This document shows, one piece after another, positions 48,187 to 57,265 of a stretch of 64,000 nt of DNA; the stretch's first letter is position 1; each line of letters begins with the position of its first letter. Below the pieces are notes generated by a model. The model saw only the letters and a program-made list of their open reading frames with translations, did no database searches and was not told the origin of the DNA. The translations under genes and the position numbers were made by a program. Origin of the DNA: Erysipelotrichaceae bacterium (lineage in GTDB: Bacteria > Bacillota_I > Bacilli_A > Erysipelotrichales > Erysipelotrichaceae); the NCBI GenBank assembly GCA_030528645.1, contig JAUMYM010000003.1:41521-105520 (forward strand). The letters are read 5' to 3'.

Positions 48187-48213
48187 ACACTTCCAAGCTT
48201 GGAAGTGTTTTTA
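48186..48213 (+). terminator. Rho-independent terminator after the activase gene
   Basis: A perfect palindrome aacacttccaagcttggaagtgtt followed by TTTT. Confidence 0.7.
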
Positions 48214-48272
48214 ATCATAAGGATTGATTTATTTTTAAAAAAGAATTATGATGAAACCTCATTGTTAAATTT

Positions 48273-48668
48273 TTGGAGGTAAACATGAAAAAATTAATGA
48301 TTAGTATGATTGCATTACTTGCTTTAACAGCTTGTAGCTTGAAAGAAGGAAAAGAAACAGAAGTAACAACTATGCAAACAAGTGAAACAACAACCGTAGA
48401 AAGTTCAACAGAAACAGAAACAACTACAGCAAGTGAAGAAGTTACACTAACCGTAGAAGAACTTGCTGCGTTTAATGGAAAAGATGGAGAAAAAGCATAT
48501 ATTGCAGTAAATGGTGTCATTTATGATGTAACGGATCATCCATTATGGATTGATGGTCAACACAATGGATATACTGCCGGTTTAGATTTAAGTGAAGAGA
48601 TTACAAGATCTCCTCATGGAGAAGTTGTTTTAAAAGACTTACCCGTTGTTGGTAAATTAGCACAATAA
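48273..48668 (+). CDS. Lipoprotein with a cytochrome-b5-like heme/steroid-binding domain
   Basis: Lipobox LTACS, a Thr/Glu-rich linker, and a C-terminal domain with EELAAFNGKDGEKAYIAVNGVIYDVT, which looks cyt-b5-like. Confidence 0.55.
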   Translation: MEVNMKKLMISMIALLALTACSLKEGKETEVTTMQTSETTTVESSTETETTTASEEVTLTVEELAAFNGKDGEKAYIAVNGVIYDVTDHPLWIDGQHNGYTAGLDLSEEITRSPHGEVVLKDLPVVGKLAQ

Positions 48669-48670
48669 AA

Positions 48671-48696
48671 ATAACGTCGAGCGACGTTATTTTTAT
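48671..48696. terminator. Bidirectional terminator
   Basis: ataacgtc-gagc-gacgttat followed by TTTTATTTT. Confidence 0.6.
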
Positions 48697-49865
48697 TTTA
48701 ATAATTCTAAATATAAATTTTTAATATCTTCAAATGTCGGATCTTTTGGATTTCCTGGTCGACATGCATCATCCATTGCAGATTGTGTTAAGAAATCAAG
48801 ATCTTCTACATTTACAATGCCTTTTAATGTAGTTGGAATACCAACGTCCATTGCTAATTGTCTTACAGCATCACATGCAGCTTTACGATATTGTTTTTGA
48901 TTCATAGAATCTACATCTTTTACACCCATAGCTCTTGCGATTTCACGATATTTACTTCCTGTTGCAGATGCATTGTATTTCATAACAGTTGGTAGAATAA
49001 TCGCATTTGCAATACCATGAGGTGTGTCATATAAAGCACCTAATGGATGTGCCATAGAGTGTACAATACCTAAACCAACATTAGAAAATCCCATACCGGC
49101 TAAATATTGTCCTAATGCCATATCTTCATAAGCTTTTTTATTATTCTTTACTGCTTTGCGTAATGAACGAGCAATGACTTCAATTGCTTTTAAGTGGAAC
49201 ATATCACTCATTTCCCAAGCCCCTTTGGTGATATATCCTTCAATCGCATGTGTTAAAGCATCCATACCTGTTGCTGCCGTTAAAGATTTTGGCATGGATT
49301 CCATCATTTCACTATCAACAAAGGCAACAATTGGTAAACAGTTAGGATCTACACATACCATTTTACGATTTTTCGCAACATCAGTAATTACATAGTTAAT
49401 CGTAACTTCTGCAGCTGTACCAGCTGTTGTTGGAATAGCCATAATTGGAACACAAGGATTCTTAGTTGGTGCTAATCCTTCTAAACTTCTTACATTTTTA
49501 AACTTTGGATTTGTAAGAATAATACCAATGGCTTTTGCTGTATCAATGCTTGATCCTCCACCAATGGCAATGATGTAATCTGCTTTTGATTGTTTAAAAG
49601 CTTCTACACCATTTTTAACATTTTCAATCGTTGGATTTGCTTTAATGTCTGTAAACATTACATATTTTAGATTATGTTCATCTAAAAGATTTGTAACTTT
49701 TGTTGATACATTGAATTTGACTAAATCCGGATCGGTACATACAAATGCTTTTTTGAATCCACGTGCTTTGATTTCATTTACAATTTCTTGAATGCATCCA
49801 GCTTTGTGGTAAGAACGTTCATTTAAGATAATGCGATTCGACATATATAAAACCCTCCTTGACAA
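48693..49865 (-). CDS. Iron-containing alcohol dehydrogenase (lactaldehyde/propanediol oxidoreductase-like)
   Basis: GGGSSIDTAK and the metal-binding His cluster (HSMAHPLG). Confidence 0.85.
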   Translation of the reverse strand: MSRRVLYMSNRIILNERSYHKAGCIQEIVNEIKARGFKKAFVCTDPDLVKFNVSTKVTNLLDEHNLKYVMFTDIKANPTIENVKNGVEAFKQSKADYIIAIGGGSSIDTAKAIGIILTNPKFKNVRSLEGLAPTKNPCVPIMAIPTTAGTAAEVTINYVITDVAKNRKMVCVDPNCLPIVAFVDSEMMESMPKSLTAATGMDALTHAIEGYITKGAWEMSDMFHLKAIEVIARSLRKAVKNNKKAYEDMALGQYLAGMGFSNVGLGIVHSMAHPLGALYDTPHGIANAIILPTVMKYNASATGSKYREIARAMGVKDVDSMNQKQYRKAACDAVRQLAMDVGIPTTLKGIVNVEDLDFLTQSAMDDACRPGNPKDPTFEDIKNLYLELLK

Positions 49866-49955
49866 TATTTTAACAATATTTTTATATTTAATAAAGTAAA
49901 TTTGTATTAATTTTTTAAAATAATAGTGTTAAAATACTACACAGGAGGAAAGAAA

Positions 49956-51722
49956 ATGAAAAAAATTGTAGTAGGTTTACTATCATTTTTTATGCTAATC
50001 TCACTTGTTGCTTGTAATACAACAAAGAAAAGTAGTGGTATAAAAGATGGTACATACACTGGTAGTGGACAAGGAAACAATGGTCCAATCAGTGTTGAAG
50101 TGGTTGTAAAAGACACAAAATTAAATGAAATTAAAGTAACGGAACACAATGAAACAAAAGGCTTAGGTGATGTTGCCATGGATGCAATCATTGCACTTAT
50201 GATTGAAAACAATACAACAAATACAGATGTTGTAACAGGTGCAACGTATTCATCAAAGGGACTTCAAGAAGCGGTAAATGATGCATTAATGAAGGCAGGA
50301 GCTACAAAAGAGGATATTGCTAAGTATCCATTGGCATCATTTGTAAAAGAAGAATTAGAATCAGAATATACATTTGATGTCGTTATTATTGGAGCCGGTG
50401 GTGCTGGTTTATCTGCTGCCATTGAGGCAAGTAAAAACGGTGCAAGTGTTGTGGTATTAGAAAAAACACCAGCTGCAGGAGGAAACACACTTGTTTCAGG
50501 TGGTGGTATCAATGCTGCCAATACAAGACAACAAATTGGCTTAAATATTGAAGATACAGCAAAAATTTTCTATAACGATACGTTAAAAGGTGGAGATAAC
50601 CAAGGAGATCCAAAACTTGTAAAAGTAATGACTGAAAAGTCTTTAGAAGCTGCAGATTGGTTAATGGATGAAATTGGTGTTGAATTCATCAGCGATCGTG
50701 TACAACAATTCGGTGGTCATTCAAAACCAAGAGCGTTAATACCAGTTGGTAATAAAGGGGTTGAATTAATCAATAAATTGTTAAAAGTTGCAGAGGCACA
50801 AGGTGTTAGAGTATTCTATAACATGGAAGCTACAAAGCTTGAAAAACAAGATGATACTGTGAATGCTGTTTATGCAACAAAAGATGGCAAAGAAATTAAA
50901 TTTAATGCATCAAAAGGGATTGTTGTTGCAACTGGTGGTTTTGCAGCTAACTTAGAAATGCGTAAAGAATACAATCCAAACTATGATGAACGTTTTAAAA
51001 CAACAGCTACTTTAGCAAGTACTGGTGATGGTATTATCATGGCACAAGGTGTTGGTGCTGATGTTGTATCTATGGAATACATCCAAGTATATCCAACATG
51101 TAATCCAATAACAGGTATTATTTCTTATGTTGCGAATTCACGCTTTGATGGGGCATTGTTATTTAATCAAGAAGGAACACGTTTTGTAAATGAAATGGGT
51201 CGTCGTGATGATATTTCAAATGCTATTTTAAATCAAACTGGTCAAGTGGCTTACTTGGTATGGGGTCAAGAGATTGAGACAGTTGGAACTATGACACAAC
51301 TTCATAAAGTTGAATTTGAACAATGGCAAAAAGATGATTTGATTTATGTTGCTGAAACTCTTGAAGATGCAGCAAACCACTATGGTATTGATGCTGCAAA
51401 ATTACAAGAAACAATTGCTGCATATAATGAATCTATCAAAGATGAAGTAGATGAAGACTTCAACAAAGGTGGTAAATTACGTCCAATTAGTGAAGGTAAA
51501 TTCTACATTCAAAAAGTAGTACCAAGTACACACCATACAATGGGTGGATTAAAGATCAATGAACATGCGGAAGTTATTGATACAAATGGAAATGTAATCA
51601 AAGGTTTATTCGCAGCTGGTGAAGTAACTGGTGGTATCCATGGTACAAACCGTTTAGGTGGTAATGCGATTACAGACATCATTGTATTTGGTCGTATTGC
51701 TGGTACAAATGTAAGTAAATAG
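49956..51722 (+). CDS. Extracytoplasmic flavocytochrome-type reductase lipoprotein: FMN-bind domain plus FAD-binding fumarate/urocanate-reductase-like domain
   Basis: Lipobox LVAC. The FMN_bind flavinylation motif DVVTGATYSS lies at about 50235..50246. The FAD motif is VIIGAGGAGLSAA and the C-terminal motif is HHTMGGL. The ribosome-binding site is aggagga. Confidence 0.8.
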   Translation: MKKIVVGLLSFFMLISLVACNTTKKSSGIKDGTYTGSGQGNNGPISVEVVVKDTKLNEIKVTEHNETKGLGDVAMDAIIALMIENNTTNTDVVTGATYSSKGLQEAVNDALMKAGATKEDIAKYPLASFVKEELESEYTFDVVIIGAGGAGLSAAIEASKNGASVVVLEKTPAAGGNTLVSGGGINAANTRQQIGLNIEDTAKIFYNDTLKGGDNQGDPKLVKVMTEKSLEAADWLMDEIGVEFISDRVQQFGGHSKPRALIPVGNKGVELINKLLKVAEAQGVRVFYNMEATKLEKQDDTVNAVYATKDGKEIKFNASKGIVVATGGFAANLEMRKEYNPNYDERFKTTATLASTGDGIIMAQGVGADVVSMEYIQVYPTCNPITGIISYVANSRFDGALLFNQEGTRFVNEMGRRDDISNAILNQTGQVAYLVWGQEIETVGTMTQLHKVEFEQWQKDDLIYVAETLEDAANHYGIDAAKLQETIAAYNESIKDEVDEDFNKGGKLRPISEGKFYIQKVVPSTHHTMGGLKINEHAEVIDTNGNVIKGLFAAGEVTGGIHGTNRLGGNAITDIIVFGRIAGTNVSK

Positions 51723-51727
51723 ATTTG

Positions 51728-51751
51728 GGAATCCTTAGGGATTCCTTTTTT
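51728..51751 (+). terminator. Rho-independent terminator
   Basis: ggaatcc-ttag-ggattcc followed by TTTTTT. Confidence 0.65.
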
Positions 51752-51806
51752 ATGATAATAGTAGGTGAAACTAAAATTTTAGTATATAATCTACATGAGG
51801 TGAACT

Positions 51807-52313
51807 ATGAAAATAATAATGGATGAAGCCATGATGAAACGCTCATTGGTGCGTATTGCTCATGAAATTATTGAAACAAATAAAGGAACACAAGATTTGG
51901 TGTTAGTCGGTATTAAAACAAGAGGTATTTACTTAGCAAAACGTTTAAAATCAATCATTGAATCCTTTGAAGTTTGTAACATACCTTGTGGTAGTATTGA
52001 TATTCAACCATGGCGAGATGATGTAAGGGAAGTAATACCAACGATGGATTTAGGTATTGATGTAAAAGATAAGATTGTGATTTTAGTGGATGATGTTTTA
52101 TTTTCAGGAAGAACAACAAGAGCTGCGATGGATGGGGTAATGCATTATGGTAGAGCACGTGAAATTCATTTGGCAGTTTTAGTGGATCGAGGACATCGTC
52201 AACTTCCAATTAAAGCTGATTATGTTGGTAAAAATGTTCCTACAAGTAAGGATGAAGTTGTAAAAGTCATGCTTTTAGAACATGATTTAGAAGATAAAGT
52301 AGTCATTTTATAA
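51807..52313 (+). CDS. pyrR: Pyrimidine operon regulator / uracil phosphoribosyltransferase PyrR
   Basis: A 168-aa protein with the PRPP-binding motif VILVDDVLFSGRT. Confidence 0.85.
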   Translation: MKIIMDEAMMKRSLVRIAHEIIETNKGTQDLVLVGIKTRGIYLAKRLKSIIESFEVCNIPCGSIDIQPWRDDVREVIPTMDLGIDVKDKIVILVDDVLFSGRTTRAAMDGVMHYGRAREIHLAVLVDRGHRQLPIKADYVGKNVPTSKDEVVKVMLLEHDLEDKVVIL

Positions 52314-52421
52314 AAAATCTTTGTGAAAAATATTAAAAATTTAATAAAGTGTCCTCTGGGCACTTTTATTCACTCTGGGAATAGATTATAATAATATAGA
52401 CAAGGAAGTAGGAGGAAGATT

Positions 52422-55400
52422 ATGACAAAAACATATATGTCTATGGATGGTAACAATGCTGCTGCGCATTGTGCCTATGCTTTTACTGAGATTGCTGCGA
52501 TATATCCAATCACACCATCTTCTACAATGGCAGAAGTAGTGGATGCTTGGGCATCAAGCGGACGTAAAAACATTTTTGATTCAGTAGTGAAAGTTACAGA
52601 AATGCAATCAGAAGGTGGAGCTGCAGGGGCAGTTCACGGTGCTTTACAAGGTGGAGCATTATCAACAACATTTACTGCATCACAAGGTTTATTATTAATG
52701 ATTCCAAATATCTATAAGATGGCTGGGGAACTATTACCGGGAGTAATTCATGTAGCTGCGCGTGCAATTGCTGGTCGTGCTTTAAGTATCTTTGGAGATC
52801 ATGAGGACATTTATGCTGCAAGACAAACAGGTGTTTGTATGTTGGCATCACATTCTGTGCAAGAAGCTATGGACTTAGCTGGGGTAGCGCATTTAAGTGC
52901 CATTAAAGGATCAGCTCCATTTATTCATTTTTTTGATGGATTTAGAACATCACATGAAATTCAAAAAATTGAAGTTATGGATCAAGAATTTTTAAAGAGT
53001 TTATTAGATAGAGAAGCGTTAAATAAGTTTAAAGCAAGCGCTTTAAACCCACATAGTAATCCGGTTACACGTGGTGGAGCTGAAAACGATGATATTTTCT
53101 TCCAAACACGTGAAGCTCAAAATAAACATTACAATGCCATTCCTGACATTGTAAATGAATACATGAAGAAAATTAGCGAACATACAGGACGTGAGTATGC
53201 ACCATTTACATACTATGGAGCAAGTGATGCAACACGTGTTATTGTTGCGATGGGTTCTGTAACTGAAACAATTAAAGAAGTAGTAAATCGTTTAAATAGT
53301 GAAGGTGAAAAAGTAGGTTTAATTAAAGTACACCTATATCGTCCTTTCTCTGTGAAATATTTAAAAGCGGTGTTTCCAGAAACGTGTACAAAGATTGCTG
53401 TTTTAGACCGTACAAAAGAAATGGGTGCTCGTGAACCATTATACTTAGATATTACAGAAGCATTTAAGAATACTGGTAAAGTGATTATTGGTGGTCGTTA
53501 TGGATTAAGTTCAAAAGATACAACACCAAATCAAATTAAAGCTGTGTATGATGAATTAAATAAAGAGCAACCAAAAGAAGAATTTACAATTGGTATTGTA
53601 GATGACGTAACGCATTTAAGTTTAGAAGTAGATCCGGAATTCTATATTAAAAGTGACAGTACAGCATGTTTATTTTATGGTTTAGGTTCAGATGGTACAG
53701 TGTCTGCGAATAAATCATCCATTAAAATCATTGGTGATAATACAGATCAGTATGCACAAGCTTATTTCCAATATGACTCTAAAAAAGCTGGTGGGGTTAC
53801 AAAATCACACTTAAGATTTGGTAAGAGTCCGATTTTATCAACCTATTATGTAGACTATGCTGACTTTATTTCATGTTCTTTAGATACGTATGTATTAAAA
53901 TATGATATGATTCGCTACTTAAAGAAGGGTGGAACATTCTTATTAAATACAAGTTATACGGCTGAAGAAATTGAAAGTCGTATGCCAAATCGTCTGTTAA
54001 AGAAACTGGCGGATAAACAAGCAAAATTCTATATTATTAATGCTACAAAGATTGCCAATGAAATTGGTATGGGTCGTAGAACAAATACAATTTTACAATC
54101 TGCGTTCTTTGCTTTAAATGAACAGATTATGCCTTATGAAAAAGCGGTAGAATTGATGAAGTATATGGCGAAAAAGGCATATTCTAAAAAAGGTGATGAA
54201 ATTGTTGAATTAAACTACAAAGCCATTGATTCAGGTAAAGGTGGTTTAGTTGAAGTTGAAGTGAAAGAAAGTTGGAAAGATTTAACTTATAACACAAAAC
54301 GTGAAACAACAGGTGATGAATATTTTGATAACTATGTAACACCAATTAATGAAATGGAAGGATATGATTTACCGGTAAGTACATTCCTTGATTACAATAT
54401 CTTAGATGGTTCCTTACATAGTAATGTTGCCTTTAAAGAAAAACGTACTACAGCACCACAAGTTCCAAGTTGGAATCCAGATAACTGTATTCAATGTGGT
54501 TTCTGTTCGTATGTATGTCCACATGGAACAATTCGTACATTCTTATTAACAGATGAAGAAGTAGCCAATGCACCAATGGAATTTGCTACATTAAAAGGTG
54601 CTGGCAAGGGTGTTGATCATTTGAAATATCGTATTCAAGTATCTCCAGCAAACTGTGTTGGATGTAGTTTATGTGTGGTTGAATGTCCAGGTAAAGGTGG
54701 AAATAAAGCCTTAACAATGGTTGACACACATACAGTTATTCATGAAGAGCCTCTTGCAGATTATATGTATAAAGAGTTAGATTATAAGACAGATTTATTC
54801 CCAACAACAACAGTAAAAGGCTCTCAATTCCAAATGCCTTACTTTGAAGTATCAGGGGCATGTCCTGGATGTGGAGAAACTCCATATTATAAATTAGTAA
54901 CTCAACTATATGGTCGTGATATGTTAGTAGCTAATGCTACAGGATGTTCAATGATTTATAGTTCATCTGTACCAACAAGTCCATTTGTATCAGATAAAAA
55001 TGGTGAAGGGGTTGCTTGGGGGAACTCATTGTTTGAAGATAATGCAGAATATGGTTATGGTATGGCATTAGCTCAAAACTATAAAGAAGCACGTATCTTA
55101 CAAATTATGGAAGAAAATTTAGAATCAGACTGTAAAGAAGCCTTTACAAAATATATAGAAGCAAAAGAAAATCGTGATTTACAACGTCAATGTAAAGATG
55201 AAGTAATTGCAGCTGTAAAAGCATCAAGCAATGAAGCTGTAAAAGAATTACTTGAGTATGAACGTGACTTAGTAGGTAAGTCTGTATGGATTATCGGTGG
55301 AGATGGTTGGGCTTACGATATTGGTTTTGGTGGTTTAGACCATGTAATTGCCAATGACATTAATGTTAACGTGTTAATTTTAGATACGGAAGTATATTCA

Positions 55401-55916
55401 AATACAGGTGGTCAATCTTCAAAAGCATCACCACTATCATCAATTGCGAAGTTTGCTGCTGGTGGTAAGCCAACTGGTAAAAAAGACTTAGGACAAATTG
55501 CAATGGCTTATGGACATGTTTATGTTGCTCAAGTAGCAATGGGTGCAAACAAGCAACAAACATTAAATGCCTTTAAAGAAGCGGAAAGTTATCCGGGTCC
55601 ATCATTAATCATTGCTTACTCTCCATGTATTGAACATGGTATTAAGGGTGGTTTAATGAATCATCAACGTACACAAGCAAAAGCAGTTGAATGTGGATAC
55701 TTCACATTGTATCGTTTTGACCCACGTAAAGAAAAACCATTAACAATTGACTCAAAAGCACCAAACTTTGAATTGTTTAATGACTTTATCTTAAGTGAAA
55801 CACGTTATTCACAATTACCTAAGTTAAAAGGTGAAACAGCTTATGAGTTATTTGAAAGAAGTAAAAATGACTCAATCAAACGTTATAATCGTCTAGTGCG
55901 TTTATCAAAAGACTAG
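52422..55916 (+). CDS. nifJ: Pyruvate:ferredoxin (flavodoxin) oxidoreductase
   Basis: A 1,164-aa protein. Two 4Fe-4S ferredoxin motifs (CIQCGFCSYVCPHG and CVGCSLCVVECP) and a TPP-binding motif (GGDGWAYDIG). Confidence 0.92.
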   Translation: MTKTYMSMDGNNAAAHCAYAFTEIAAIYPITPSSTMAEVVDAWASSGRKNIFDSVVKVTEMQSEGGAAGAVHGALQGGALSTTFTASQGLLLMIPNIYKMAGELLPGVIHVAARAIAGRALSIFGDHEDIYAARQTGVCMLASHSVQEAMDLAGVAHLSAIKGSAPFIHFFDGFRTSHEIQKIEVMDQEFLKSLLDREALNKFKASALNPHSNPVTRGGAENDDIFFQTREAQNKHYNAIPDIVNEYMKKISEHTGREYAPFTYYGASDATRVIVAMGSVTETIKEVVNRLNSEGEKVGLIKVHLYRPFSVKYLKAVFPETCTKIAVLDRTKEMGAREPLYLDITEAFKNTGKVIIGGRYGLSSKDTTPNQIKAVYDELNKEQPKEEFTIGIVDDVTHLSLEVDPEFYIKSDSTACLFYGLGSDGTVSANKSSIKIIGDNTDQYAQAYFQYDSKKAGGVTKSHLRFGKSPILSTYYVDYADFISCSLDTYVLKYDMIRYLKKGGTFLLNTSYTAEEIESRMPNRLLKKLADKQAKFYIINATKIANEIGMGRRTNTILQSAFFALNEQIMPYEKAVELMKYMAKKAYSKKGDEIVELNYKAIDSGKGGLVEVEVKESWKDLTYNTKRETTGDEYFDNYVTPINEMEGYDLPVSTFLDYNILDGSLHSNVAFKEKRTTAPQVPSWNPDNCIQCGFCSYVCPHGTIRTFLLTDEEVANAPMEFATLKGAGKGVDHLKYRIQVSPANCVGCSLCVVECPGKGGNKALTMVDTHTVIHEEPLADYMYKELDYKTDLFPTTTVKGSQFQMPYFEVSGACPGCGETPYYKLVTQLYGRDMLVANATGCSMIYSSSVPTSPFVSDKNGEGVAWGNSLFEDNAEYGYGMALAQNYKEARILQIMEENLESDCKEAFTKYIEAKENRDLQRQCKDEVIAAVKASSNEAVKELLEYERDLVGKSVWIIGGDGWAYDIGFGGLDHVIANDINVNVLILDTEVYSNTGGQSSKASPLSSIAKFAAGGKPTGKKDLGQIAMAYGHVYVAQVAMGANKQQTLNAFKEAESYPGPSLIIAYSPCIEHGIKGGLMNHQRTQAKAVECGYFTLYRFDPRKEKPLTIDSKAPNFELFNDFILSETRYSQLPKLKGETAYELFERSKNDSIKRYNRLVRLSKD

Positions 55917-55929
55917 TCTTTAAAAGATA

Positions 55930-55958
55930 AAGAGTGTTGAAGTTCAGCACTCTTTTTA
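55930..55958 (+). terminator. Rho-independent terminator after nifJ
   Basis: agagtgttgaa / ttcagcactct stem followed by TTTTTAT. Confidence 0.65.
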
Positions 55959-56127
55959 TATGTAGGTTTTCCTATATTCATTTCTAATAAGAAACATGAT
56001 AGAATAATTCGTAATAGAATTATCAATTTAATGTGCTATTTTATGGCATAATGAATGCAAAGAATAGAAATTATTTAGAGTGCTATACGTTAGATGGTTA
56101 TTTTAGTATAATAAAAAAGGTGATTGT

Positions 56128-57132
56128 ATGAAAGTGTTGTTATATTTTGAAGGTGAAAATTTTATAAGTACTTCTGGAATTGGACGTGCGCAGAAGCATC
56201 AAATTAAAGCATTGATGAGCCAAGGAATTGAATATACAACAGATCCATTTGATGATTATGATATATTGCATATCAATACGTATGGATTAAATTCCAATTC
56301 AATGATTAATAAAGCTCGTAAAGAAAATAAACCGGTTATTTATCATGCGCATTCTACGGAAGAAGATTTTCGTAATTCCTTTATCTTATCGAATCAATTA
56401 GCTCCTGCTTTTAAGAAGATTATTGTTTCGTTATATCGCTTGGCAGATGAAATTATCACACCAACGCCATATTCAAAAATGTTGTTAGAGGGTTATGGAA
56501 TTGATCTACCAATTACCGCAATTAGTAATGGTATTGATTTAACTCGCTTTCAATATAATGCTGAAAAGGTAAAAGCGTATCGTAAATACTTTAGTTTAAA
56601 AGAAGATGATAAAGTTGTTTTATCTGTTGGTTTGTATTTTGAACGAAAGGGTTTATTGGATTTTTTTGAAGTAGCTAGACGTTTACCTGAATATAAATTT
56701 ATTTGGTTTGGAGATACGCCGTTATATTCTGTACCACGTGTTATTCGTGAGGCGATTGATCAATGTCCAAGTAATGTTATTTTACCTGGTTATGTAAAAG
56801 GTGCTATTATTGATGGAGCATATCTGAATGCGGATTGTTTCTTTTTTCCTTCTAATGAAGAAACGGAAGGGATTGTAGTGCTAGAGGCACTTGCAAGCAA
56901 GCAGAAGGTTGTTTTAAGAGATATAGGGGCTTTTGATCCATGGCTAAAAGATAAAGTGAATTGTTATAAAGGAAAAACCATTGAAGATTTTGTTGGGTTA
57001 GTAAGAGGTTCCGTAGAAAATACACTACCAAATCTTACAGAAGAAGGATATAAGGTAGCGGAAAGCAGATCAATTGAAAATGTTGGTAAGCAATTAAAAG
57101 AAGTGTATGAACGTGTATTATATAAGAAATAG
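56128..57132 (+). CDS. GT4-family glycosyltransferase (glycolipid synthase-like)
   Basis: A 334-aa protein with a GT-B C-terminal motif (EETEGIVVLEALA). Confidence 0.7.
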   Translation: MKVLLYFEGENFISTSGIGRAQKHQIKALMSQGIEYTTDPFDDYDILHINTYGLNSNSMINKARKENKPVIYHAHSTEEDFRNSFILSNQLAPAFKKIIVSLYRLADEIITPTPYSKMLLEGYGIDLPITAISNGIDLTRFQYNAEKVKAYRKYFSLKEDDKVVLSVGLYFERKGLLDFFEVARRLPEYKFIWFGDTPLYSVPRVIREAIDQCPSNVILPGYVKGAIIDGAYLNADCFFFPSNEETEGIVVLEALASKQKVVLRDIGAFDPWLKDKVNCYKGKTIEDFVGLVRGSVENTLPNLTEEGYKVAESRSIENVGKQLKEVYERVLYKK

Positions 57133-57182
57133 AAGCTAAGTTTTAGGACTTAGTTTTTAATTTGTAAATTTTTTGAAAGAAA

Positions 57183-57209
57183 TTAGCACTTTTTTGTTGA
57201 CAGTGCTAA
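57183..57209 (+). promoter_or_regulatory. CIRCE operator 1 (TTAGCACTT-N9-CAGTGCTAA) overlapping a sigma-A-type promoter (-35 TTGACA at 57197..57202, -10 TATGAT at 57220..57225)
   Basis: It matches the CIRCE consensus TTAGCACTC-N9-GAGTGCTAA at 16 of 18 positions. The spacer is exactly 9 nt. Confidence 0.8.
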
Positions 57210-57226
57210 AAATGTGTTATATGATT

Positions 57227-57253
57227 TTAGCAGACATCAGTTATGAGTGCTAA
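57227..57253 (+). promoter_or_regulatory. CIRCE operator 2 (TTAGCAGAC-N9-GAGTGCTAA) between the promoter and the hrcA ribosome-binding site
   Basis: It matches the consensus at 16 of 18 positions with a 9-nt spacer. It sits directly 5' of GGAGG and the GTG start of hrcA. Confidence 0.75.
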
Positions 57254-57265
57254 GGAGGTGGCAAA

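Noticed and set aside
52344-52365. A CCAGAGGA sequence (PyrR-box-like) on the minus strand within the pyrR terminator
   Set aside because: It is on the wrong strand relative to every nearby transcript, and it is only a partial match. It is most simply the stem of the pyrR terminator hairpin.
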